Shown: positions 18,709 through 26,664 of the stretch, piece by piece
How the letters are laid out: each line of letters begins with the position of its first letter
Position numbering within the stretch: the stretch's first letter is position 1
Source of the DNA: an uncultured Acidimicrobiales bacterium
GTDB taxonomy: Bacteria > Actinomycetota > Acidimicrobiia > Acidimicrobiales > SZUA-35
Direction of reading: 5' to 3'
Assembly: GCA_938009905.1 (NCBI GenBank)
Contig: CALLGK010000027.1
Coordinates: 17,426 to 81,425, forward strand
Length of the DNA: 64,000 bases
Translations under genes and position numbers: made by a program
Notes under the pieces: model-generated
Databases searched by the model: none
Told to the model about the DNA's origin: nothing
Seen by the model: the letters and a program-made list of their open reading frames with translations, nothing else

Positions 18709-19188
18709 TCAACCCCTTCTCACCAGCGGGCGGCCATACGTTGAGGTTTCGACCTCGGTAGAGCCACTGCTCTTCGGCGCTTGCCAGAAACCCCAGAGCT
18801 TCGACAGTCCGCCGAGATAGACGATGTAGATGATCGCGGCGATCGAGTCAGACACGGCTCGGAGCGTGATGTCGAAGGGGAACCAGCCACCCTGGCTCTG
18901 GGCGGTGGCAATGCCGCCGAAGTCGAACAGACGGTCGGCTCGGAAGCTCCACTCGTTCTCGGCCAGCGTCAGCCACTGGTGAGGCACGATGCCGAACACG
19001 ATGAACAGAAGGAAGAAGATGTACGACGAGAAAAGCGTCGCTTCGCCCCACGTCATCTTGTAGCCGTCATCGAGTCGATTTCGGTACCACAAGATACCGA
19101 GCGACATCACGATCGAGAAAAGAATCGATACGACGAGAGCGACCACGTGGGACTCCTGTTGCGAGCCGAGACCAAGCTTCGGAAACAC
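18709..19188 (-). CDS. Unknown small membrane protein, first gene of the respiratory block
   Basis: 159-aa ORF with GTG start, three predicted hydrophobic helices (VVALVVSILFSIVMSLGILW; LFSSYIFFLLFIVFGIV; AAIIYIVYLGGL); no recognised motif. Confidence 0.55.
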   Translation of the reverse strand: MFPKLGLGSQQESHVVALVVSILFSIVMSLGILWYRNRLDDGYKMTWGEATLFSSYIFFLLFIVFGIVPHQWLTLAENEWSFRADRLFDFGGIATAQSQGGWFPFDITLRAVSDSIAAIIYIVYLGGLSKLWGFWQAPKSSGSTEVETSTYGRPLVRRG

Positions 19189-19249
19189 AGCGGGTGCTGT
19201 GTGTCTTCAGCGTAGGCGTACGGCCAGTCGCCGCGGGTGACGGGCGACT

Positions 19250-19267
19250 TTGTGAACGTTTGCACAA
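19250..19267. promoter_or_regulatory. Candidate Rex operator (ROP)
   Basis: TTGTGAACGTTTGCACAA matches the Rex consensus TTGTGAA-N4-TTCACAA at 13 of 14 half-site positions; centred ~70 bp upstream of the first gene of the bc/nuo block; rex gene present at 37107..37841. Confidence 0.55.
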
Positions 19268-19679
19268 TCTACTCGGACTCCAGCCCTCCGACGCAAACCA
19301 AGACACGGAATCTCCACAAGGTCATCCGGCACATGCAACGACGAGGCACCGGCAACAGGACGGTGTCTCCGAGCAAGGTCGGACGGCTGGGGGAAACCCA
19401 CGAATCGGTTCTGCAGAGAACCAGAACGAGCGGGGTGTTTGTACCACGCGATTGAACCGAAAAGCACCCTCAGGCCACAACGGACATCAGCACTCAAACA
19501 AGGGCACGCGGACGAACCTCAAGTTTCTGCCCGCCGGAGCATGGTTCACACCCCCCGAAGGGCCTACAGTAAGGCGCCGTCTGGCCGACACGAGAAGTTG
19601 CGTGTCGGACAGCTACTTTGCACTCCGACAGTCCAACCCAAATGTTCGATCGCCGAGCGTTTGTTGACCGAGGATCTCC

Positions 19680-20537
19680 GTGACTGAAATCCCCGAACAT
19701 CTTCTGAAGCGCAGCCGTGCCGCCAAGGGCAAGGGTGATGGCGACGCCGCTCCTAGCGAGTCGACGGCTGTCACGCCGACGGCTGACGCTGCGGCCGCCC
19801 CAGCCGAGACTGGCCCGCCGGCCATCGCCGCAGCCGCGGCAGCAATCCCCGCTGACAAGCCAGCCCCCGAGGCTCCTCCAGAGCCGCACTACATCACTGC
19901 CGCGAAGAAGCGGAAGAAGATTCCTGGCTGGGCCCTCCCCCTCGTTGCCGCCGTCCCGCTCTGGGCGATCTCGTTTGCTGGCACGATGCAGCAGCCAGAG
20001 GTCGAAGATCCACTGTTCATCGCAGCAGAAGAGACCTACCTCGTCGACGGCGGCTGCGCTGGTTGCCACGGCGGCGCCGGTGGCGGTGGCGTCGGCTACA
20101 AGCTCTCAGACGGCTCCGTGCTCGAAACGTTCCCGGATCCCGTCGACCAAATGGTGCACATCGCTCGTGGCTCTGGCGCCATCCAAGGTGAGGACTACGG
20201 CGCCGAGCGGGCCGACGGCACGCGCGAAGCTGGAGCCCTCGGTTCCATGCCAGCCTTCGAGAACAACCTCGACCAGGTTCACCTCGAGCTCGTCGTGTTC
20301 CACGAGCGGGCAATCCTGTCTGGCGAAGACACCTCCTCGCCGGAATACCAGGAGTGGATGAACCACATGCGTGAGGAATACGAGGCGGGCAACACCGACC
20401 CCATCGACCTCGAGTTCCTCCTCAAGTGCGCCAACCCCGAGTACACCCCTGGTGCTACCGGTGAAGGCAGTGACGACGAAGATCATCCTTGCCCCGGCCC
20501 TCAGGCCGAGGGTGAAGACGAAGTCGCCGCCGGCTAA
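19680..20537 (+). CDS. Membrane-anchored monohaem class I c-type cytochrome
   Basis: 285 aa, GTG start with GAGGA SD; CAGCHG haem motif and GSMPAF Met-ligand region; single TM (IPGWALPLVAAVPLWAISFAG); N-terminal MTEIPEHLLKRSRAAKGK motif. Confidence 0.8.
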   Translation: MTEIPEHLLKRSRAAKGKGDGDAAPSESTAVTPTADAAAAPAETGPPAIAAAAAAIPADKPAPEAPPEPHYITAAKKRKKIPGWALPLVAAVPLWAISFAGTMQQPEVEDPLFIAAEETYLVDGGCAGCHGGAGGGGVGYKLSDGSVLETFPDPVDQMVHIARGSGAIQGEDYGAERADGTREAGALGSMPAFENNLDQVHLELVVFHERAILSGEDTSSPEYQEWMNHMREEYEAGNTDPIDLEFLLKCANPEYTPGATGEGSDDEDHPCPGPQAEGEDEVAAG

Positions 20538-20669
20538 TCCGCCGCCATCTGGGATTGGTGTCCTGAGACGGTCGTAACTGGCCACCTCAACCCACCAATC
20601 CAGGAATGAATGTGAGGCAACCTTCCCGTCGCGGTGCGAAGCGCGTGCCGATGAAGCACGCTGTGGGCC

Positions 20670-22958
20670 GTGGTCTCTCCTCGGCGGTGCTTCTGCGTTG
20701 CCCTGCTTGCCTTGTGTCTGAGCAGCATCGCCGCCGCGCCTCACGCAACGCCGGCCGGAGCCCAAGCTGAGGTCGAAGACGAGTCGATCCCCGCTCCCCT
20801 GGTGATCGACACACGCGACGGCAACGCCGTCGACGACGACCCTCTCATCGCAGACGCACTTGCGGCGGTGCAGCGCCAGCAACAGATCGAACGCGAGATA
20901 GTTCGCGAGACGTTACGCGAGCAAGCGGTACCACCTGGCGGCCTTACCGTCACCTACCTCACGACGCCTCCTGACGACGTTCGTTTGGTGGTCGAAGCGG
21001 CAGCGGTGGCCTGGGAGTCGGTGTTAGTCACGAGCAATGCGGGCCCGGTCGAGATCGAGTTCGACTGGCGCATCCTTCCTGCGAACATCCTTGGTCTCGC
21101 CGCACCAACGTCATTTGAGCGCTCGCCCGATCTGCCCCAAGACGTGCTGTACCCCGTGGCGTTGGCCAACACCCTGCTCGAGACTGATCGAGCACCGGGC
21201 CGGGCCGAGATCAACATCACGTTGGCCTCCAACCTCTACGGCGTCAGCAACGGCTGGCATGTTGATCCGACCGTGTCGTCTGATCCGATGGCACCGCCAT
21301 CGTCTCCAGTACCGGGCCAGCAGCTCGATCTGTTCACCGTGGTCATCCACGAGATCGGACACGGTCTCGGCTTCACCGGTTCGGCTCGGAACGGACAGCT
21401 CCACTCCGAGCTTGTCGTATACGACGTGCTGGCCAGAGCCAACGGCGTTCCGCTCAGCCAGACCAACGTTGAGGCGGCGCTCGTTTCCGAAGACCTCTTC
21501 ATCGACATCGGTGGTGGACGCACTGCGGAGCTGTTCGCCCCTCCCCGATTCATCAACCGGGTGAGCTACAACCACTTCGACGAACGAGCTGATGCCCGTG
21601 AGCCCGGAGGCTTGATGACCCCCGTGTTCTCGAGAGGCGAAGTGAATCGCACGATCGATGCCGCAACGCTTGGTGTGATGTCCGGACTCGGCTGGGAGAT
21701 CGCCAAGCCGGTCGTCACGCCACGGATCACTTCTGTCGAACCGCGAGGCGATGGCCTTGTCGTGCGCTTCACGAACGGCATCGGTCGCAGCGGGCAACCG
21801 CCGTTCGCCCACCGCGTCACCGCCACCGCAGCAGACGGCACGCTGCTGGCGCAACGACAACCTTCGTGGGAAGCCCAAGAAGTCCTGATCGAAGGACTCG
21901 CTGACGGCCGAGGTGTCGTGATCACGGTGCTGCCCATCGGGATCGACGGACCTGGCCCGTCGGCCTCGGTGACCCTCAGCGATCGTCCAACCCAGGTGTC
22001 GGTAACCGGCACTGGTACATCCCGCTCGATCAGCTGGCAACCCCCGACCGCGCCGATTCCCGGCGACATCACGTATCGAATCGACCGTCGCCTCATTGGC
22101 GGCCCGTGGCAGTTGGTGGCCCAAACACGGAACGAGTTCGCAAGCGATACCGCTCTAGGCACCGGCAACTATCAGTACCGAGTGACAGCAATCGTCGACG
22201 GCGTAGCCGGCACATCAGTAGTGACCCCTATCGAAGGCGTCACCGAAGGGATCGTGCGATCGATGAGTCTCGACGGCCAGGTGACGCGTCTGTACCAAGC
22301 GTTCTTCGGCCGCTCGCCAGACACCGCCGGTCTGGCGTTCTGGCTCGAACAGCGAGCCGGTGGTGCAGACATCGAATCGATCGCGACCGCGTTCGCAGAC
22401 TCTGACGAGTTCCGAGCTCTCGCCGGAGAGCCAGACAACGGCGCCTTCGTCGACGACGTGTACCGCAACGTGCTTGGTCGTGCACCCGATGCAGAGGGTC
22501 GTTCGTTCTGGATTGACCGACTCGACAACGGCCTGCCTCGAGGCGACCTCGTGGTGGCCTTTTCGGAAGCACCCGAGTTTGTGCTCATCACGAACACGGC
22601 GGCTCCAACCGTCGGATCAACGGGCGCCGTCACCAGGCTCTATTGGGCCTTCTTCCAACGACCACCAGACCCCGAAGGCGTCGCCTTCTGGACCGACGAG
22701 ATCGACAACGGACGAGCACCGCTGAGCGCCGTGTCGAACGCCTTCACCAACTCGCCTGAGTTCGCCGCCACCTACGGCACGCTGAGCAATCAGGAGTTCC
22801 TCGACCTCGTGTATGACAACGTGCTCGGCCGGCGGGCAGACGACGGCGGCTTCAACTACTGGCTGACCCAACTCGAGAACGGCCGCGAGCGGGGCGACGT
22901 GATGCTGGCCTTCGCCAACTCGCCAGAGTTCATCCTCAAGACCGGCACGCTGCCTTAG
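20670..22958 (+). CDS. Secreted zinc metalloprotease-like protein with C-terminal DUF4214-type repeats
   Basis: GTG start, signal peptide (CFCVALLALCLSSIAAAPHATPAGAQA); HEIGHGLGF zinc motif; four repeats of the form LYxAFFxRxPDxxGxxFW / VYxNVLGRxxDxxGxxxW. Confidence 0.75.
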   Translation: MVSPRRCFCVALLALCLSSIAAAPHATPAGAQAEVEDESIPAPLVIDTRDGNAVDDDPLIADALAAVQRQQQIEREIVRETLREQAVPPGGLTVTYLTTPPDDVRLVVEAAAVAWESVLVTSNAGPVEIEFDWRILPANILGLAAPTSFERSPDLPQDVLYPVALANTLLETDRAPGRAEINITLASNLYGVSNGWHVDPTVSSDPMAPPSSPVPGQQLDLFTVVIHEIGHGLGFTGSARNGQLHSELVVYDVLARANGVPLSQTNVEAALVSEDLFIDIGGGRTAELFAPPRFINRVSYNHFDERADAREPGGLMTPVFSRGEVNRTIDAATLGVMSGLGWEIAKPVVTPRITSVEPRGDGLVVRFTNGIGRSGQPPFAHRVTATAADGTLLAQRQPSWEAQEVLIEGLADGRGVVITVLPIGIDGPGPSASVTLSDRPTQVSVTGTGTSRSISWQPPTAPIPGDITYRIDRRLIGGPWQLVAQTRNEFASDTALGTGNYQYRVTAIVDGVAGTSVVTPIEGVTEGIVRSMSLDGQVTRLYQAFFGRSPDTAGLAFWLEQRAGGADIESIATAFADSDEFRALAGEPDNGAFVDDVYRNVLGRAPDAEGRSFWIDRLDNGLPRGDLVVAFSEAPEFVLITNTAAPTVGSTGAVTRLYWAFFQRPPDPEGVAFWTDEIDNGRAPLSAVSNAFTNSPEFAATYGTLSNQEFLDLVYDNVLGRRADDGGFNYWLTQLENGRERGDVMLAFANSPEFILKTGTLP

Positions 22959-22992
22959 AAAGCTCGTCCCTTCGCTTCCTGGCGGGCGATTG

Positions 22993-23072
22993 CACTGGGT
23001 CGGCTATCGCCTCCCGCTACTCGCGATCGGGTCACAGCCCTCTCGCTTCGCTCGTCCCTCGCTCCGCGGCAC
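22993..23072. repeat. Dispersed copy of the ~80-bp intergenic repeat seen in triplicate at 42085..42326
   Basis: cactgggtcggctatcgcctcccgctactcgcgatcgggtcac... aligns with cacattgggtctgctgtcgcagaccgctactcgcgatccggaac... (shared core ccgctactcgcgatc); lies between convergent genes. Confidence 0.5.
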
Positions 23073-23148
23073 CAGTCCGGGGCACCACTGTTGCGAAGTG
23101 ACCGCCAGGCAAGCATGAACGGTCCGCCCGAAGGGCAGCGACAGGGCA

Positions 23149-24405
23149 CTACAGAGTTGAGGCAACCTCAGCGGCGGCCTCGATGGTTTGGGCGATGTCG
23201 GCCTCGGTGTGGCTGAGGCTGGGGAAGATCGCTTCGTATGGTCCAGGGGCGAGGGCAATGCCTCGTTCGAGCATCCCGTGGAAGAACGTGGGATACATCC
23301 CGCGATCAGCCGACGCTTTTGCTTCGTCGTAGTTCGTCACCGGCTCGTCGCCAAAGAAGATCCCGACGAGCGGTCCGATCTGGGGGACCTGTACGGCCAC
23401 TCCGGCTGATGCCATGGCCTCAGCGAGACCAGACGCAAGGGCTGCTGCTGTTGCCGTCAAGGCGGTGTAGCGATCGTCGTCGAGTTGACTAAGCACGGCC
23501 AGACCAGCGGCCGTGGCCAGCGGGTTCCCCGACAGGGTGCCGCCTTGATAGACGGGGCCGAGTGGAGCCACGTGATCCATCACCTCGTGGCTGCCACCAA
23601 ACATACCGACGGGCAAGCCGCCGCCGATGACCTTGCCAAACGCCCAGACGTCTGGTTGCACACCACTCCAGGTTGTCGCTCCGCCCTGGCCGAGGCGGAA
23701 GCCGGTGATGACTTCGTCGAACAACAGCAGCGCTCCGACGCGGTCGCACTCAGCCCGGCAGGCCTCAAGGAATCCTGGTGCGGGAGCGACAAGTCCCATG
23801 TTGGCGGCCACCGGCTCGATCGCGAGCACGGCCGTGTCTTCGTCGAGGGTTGGCACGATGTTGTACGGCGCAACCACGGTGTCAGCCACCGCAGCCTCTG
23901 GAACGCCAGCCGATCCGACGAGTCCCTGGTTGGCAACGCCGGAGCCACCAGCTGCGAGCAGCGAGTCGGTGTGTCCGTGGTAGCAACCGGCGAACTTCAC
24001 CACCTTGTTTCGACCCGTGGCCCCTCGGGCCAGCCGGATCGCCGACATTGCCGCTTCGGTGCCTGACGACGTCATCCGGACCTTCTCAAGCCCAGGTACC
24101 CACGAGCACACCTTCTCGGCCAGCTCGACCTCGCTACGCGTCGGCGCTCCGAACGTGGTACCCCGCGATGCAGCATCGCCAACGGCCGCAAGCACGGTCG
24201 GATTTGCGTGGCCCAGGATCGATGCCCCGTAGCTCTGGACGAAGTCGATGTACTCCTTGCCATCTTCGTCCCAGACGCGAGATCCCTCAGCCCGAGACAC
24301 GAAGTAGGGCGTGCCCCCAACCGACAGGAACGCTCGAACCGGTGAGTTCACACCACCGGGCAAGACAGCTTTGGCGCGGGCAAACAGATCCTCGTTGATC
24401 GTCAC
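23149..24405 (-). CDS. hemL: Glutamate-1-semialdehyde 2,1-aminomutase
   Basis: ...LPGGVNSPVRAF..., CYHGHTDSLL, FDEVITGFR class-III aminotransferase/HemL motifs; start placed at GTG 24405 (VTINEDLFARAK...) to avoid 74-nt overlap with upstream gene; the ORF-track start at 24546 is the alternative. Confidence 0.9.
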   Translation of the reverse strand: MTINEDLFARAKAVLPGGVNSPVRAFLSVGGTPYFVSRAEGSRVWDEDGKEYIDFVQSYGASILGHANPTVLAAVGDAASRGTTFGAPTRSEVELAEKVCSWVPGLEKVRMTSSGTEAAMSAIRLARGATGRNKVVKFAGCYHGHTDSLLAAGGSGVANQGLVGSAGVPEAAVADTVVAPYNIVPTLDEDTAVLAIEPVAANMGLVAPAPGFLEACRAECDRVGALLLFDEVITGFRLGQGGATTWSGVQPDVWAFGKVIGGGLPVGMFGGSHEVMDHVAPLGPVYQGGTLSGNPLATAAGLAVLSQLDDDRYTALTATAAALASGLAEAMASAGVAVQVPQIGPLVGIFFGDEPVTNYDEAKASADRGMYPTFFHGMLERGIALAPGPYEAIFPSLSHTEADIAQTIEAAAEVASTL

Positions 24406-24472
24406 TCCGAAAGTGTGCCCGACCCAGGGGGGAAAGAGGCCGTCAGCCCCGCTTTGTCGTGGCTTGAAATCC

Positions 24473-26104
24473 TCAAACGCCGTCCGGCAGCCAGACTCGA
24501 TCAGCCGTCGCCGCAAGGTCGGCCGCAAGGGACTGGGCCACATCAATCGGCAGGTCAGGGATCACGGTGGCCGACCCGAGGTTGGCGGTGTCGATCGCCA
24601 GCGACGCCAGCCCGAGACGACGCTGAAAGAAGGAGCTTCGCAGGAACACTCCCTGCACCTTCGAAACCCACACGATGCGCAACGTCTCGTCGAACCGTCC
24701 TCGCCGCACGGCGAGACATGGGCCCCGCAGCAGCCAACCATCGACACGCCACGACCGCCACGCAAACCAGAGCGAAATACCAAGGACAAATGGAACAAGA
24801 ACGAGCGGCCACCACCACGCCACATCGACCGGAAAGTCCGGCGATGACTCCTGGATACCGAACGCGCTGAACGTGAGGACCGCTACGGGAATCAACCCGG
24901 CAACGGCCGAGCGAATCGCCCGCCGTCGTATCGACACCCGGCTCACGCGCTGCAGGCTCGCTTCGTCGATCGGATCAACAACAAGCTCGGCCGCGGCATC
25001 TGCGATCGGATCCGCGGCGTCCGGGTCGATCAGGTCCGGCAAGAACTCGCTCCATGTGTTGTCATCGATGATCGGCGCGCAGAGTTCGAATCGACCACCT
25101 CTCGACTCCGTCACATCGGCAGTTGCCACGGCCAAGGTCTCTCGTCCGAGACGATGCCGGATCCAAGGACGGCGCACTTCGATGAGCTGAATGCGTCGCT
25201 TCTGGGCCCACTTCTCCTGGGTCGAGAACAGTCCGTGCGAGACGCGCACTCGTCGGGGCTCAACCTCAAAGACAAAGCCGAAGAGATCGAGCACGGCAAC
25301 GATGGGAACGATCAGGCCAAACATCCAGAACAGAGGGAAGGCGCTCTCGAAGAACACCATCATCACAGCTGCGACGACGACGGACACGAGCCCGACCGCC
25401 ACGGTGCTCGACGAGAACGCATAGAGCAGATGGTTCCGCGGCGAGAGTTGGTAGCGCACAACCCTCGCCTCGGGTTGTGCTGATGGCACGGGCCCGACGA
25501 GGGGTGGTCCAACTGGCACCGAACCGGGAACCGTTGGCGCCAAGACGGCATCGTCACCGGGCGTCGAACCGAGCGGCACTGCGGCACCGGCCGCGGGTTG
25601 CGCCGTGAGCTCGCCCAGCAGCGTTCGCGCCGTCTCCTTCGACACGACGGCAAGCTCGATCTCGCCTTCAGATCCGGCGGACGAAATCGTGAGGGTCTGC
25701 ATGGAGAACACGCGGGCCACAAGATCGGCGCCGATGGCAACGTTTTGGATCCGTGGCCGGGGAAGCACGGTGCGTTGCCGCACCACGACACCGCGCCGAT
25801 ACAGGACAGCATCGTCGGTCACCGCATACGTCGTGAAGAGATAGCGCACGAACCCGAGGGCCACGACCGCCGCCGGCAGCAGGGTTTCGATGTTGGCGAT
25901 TGGACCGCCACCAACGTCTGGCGCGAACCCTGAAAGTGCAATGGCTCCGATGAAGTTCCAGGCGAGTCCAATCAGCTCACGAATCACCGTGACGGGATGC
26001 AGGCGCCGCCACTCGATGTCGTCGGATGCCATGTCGCCGTCGGGAATCTCGTCAGCGACAGAGCCATCAGCGAGAGGCACATCGCCTGCTGGATCGTCAC
26101 TCAA
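24473..26104 (-). CDS. YdbT-like membrane protein with repeated bacterial PH (bPH/DUF304) domains
   Basis: 543 aa; repeated unit of TM hairpin followed by ...Y.L....L.YRRGVVVRQRTVLPRPRIQNV...type segments (three copies by eye). Confidence 0.7.
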   Translation of the reverse strand: MSDDPAGDVPLADGSVADEIPDGDMASDDIEWRRLHPVTVIRELIGLAWNFIGAIALSGFAPDVGGGPIANIETLLPAAVVALGFVRYLFTTYAVTDDAVLYRRGVVVRQRTVLPRPRIQNVAIGADLVARVFSMQTLTISSAGSEGEIELAVVSKETARTLLGELTAQPAAGAAVPLGSTPGDDAVLAPTVPGSVPVGPPLVGPVPSAQPEARVVRYQLSPRNHLLYAFSSSTVAVGLVSVVVAAVMMVFFESAFPLFWMFGLIVPIVAVLDLFGFVFEVEPRRVRVSHGLFSTQEKWAQKRRIQLIEVRRPWIRHRLGRETLAVATADVTESRGGRFELCAPIIDDNTWSEFLPDLIDPDAADPIADAAAELVVDPIDEASLQRVSRVSIRRRAIRSAVAGLIPVAVLTFSAFGIQESSPDFPVDVAWWWPLVLVPFVLGISLWFAWRSWRVDGWLLRGPCLAVRRGRFDETLRIVWVSKVQGVFLRSSFFQRRLGLASLAIDTANLGSATVIPDLPIDVAQSLAADLAATADRVWLPDGV

Positions 26105-26664
26105 CGGTCCGTCCCGATGAGTTCACGACGAAGTTCGTCAGCAGTTTCGTCGAGCAGGTTCGGAATCGACACGTTTGGCGTGTTGGCCCCTGCGGTGTGC
26201 ACGGTCAGCGTCACCAAGCCGAGCCATCGTTGGATCGGCCCACGCTCTGTCGACACGTGCTGGACCCGGCTCCGTGGCAGCACCGCAGACCTCGTGGTGA
26301 TCACACCGTGCTCGACGCGGAGCCGATCTGGTTCAAGCACATATCGCCAGGCTCGAAAACTCCGCCCGGCCCACCACAAACCCAGCCCAGCCACAAGCAG
26401 GCCAGCCACGACTGCTGGCACAAACAAGGGCCATGGCACATCGGCCTCTGCCCCATAACGGAGTGCAAGGTCGGCGATCGCCAGCACCGCAACCAGCAGC
26501 ACAACCTGGGTCACAACCACCAGTCGAAGCAGCCGAAGAGCTTCGGTTGGGAGCGGACGGAAGACGGCTGGGGGGCCAGCCTCGTCGTGGAGCGCGACCT
26601 CGTCGATTGGTGGTGTGTCGCCAGGAAGCGAGGCGTCGTCAGGGAGCAAGGAGTCGGCAGGCAT
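26101..26664 (-). CDS. YdbS-like membrane protein with single bPH domain
   Basis: 187 aa; TM hairpin then WRYVLEPDRLRVEHGVITTRSAVLPRSRVQHVSTERGPIQRWLGLVTLTVHTAG, typical bPH_2 pattern; 4-nt overlap with ydbT-like gene. Confidence 0.7.
   Translation of the reverse strand: MPADSLLPDDASLPGDTPPIDEVALHDEAGPPAVFRPLPTEALRLLRLVVVTQVVLLVAVLAIADLALRYGAEADVPWPLFVPAVVAGLLVAGLGLWWAGRSFRAWRYVLEPDRLRVEHGVITTRSAVLPRSRVQHVSTERGPIQRWLGLVTLTVHTAGANTPNVSIPNLLDETADELRRELIGTDR

Noticed and set aside
19330-19470. RNase P RNA-like strings in the long intergenic region (tgggggaaacccacga; gagcaaggtcggac resembling GAGGAAAGUCCGGAC; gcagagaacc)
   Set aside because: The near-universal P4 strand GAGGAAAGUCC is not intact (two substitutions plus one deletion). 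I could not find the complementary 3' P4 strand (ACAGAAxCCGGCUUA-like) or the GGUAAGAGCGCACC element. The similarity is therefore treated as chance. A covariance-model scan (Rfam RNaseP_bact_a) would settle it.
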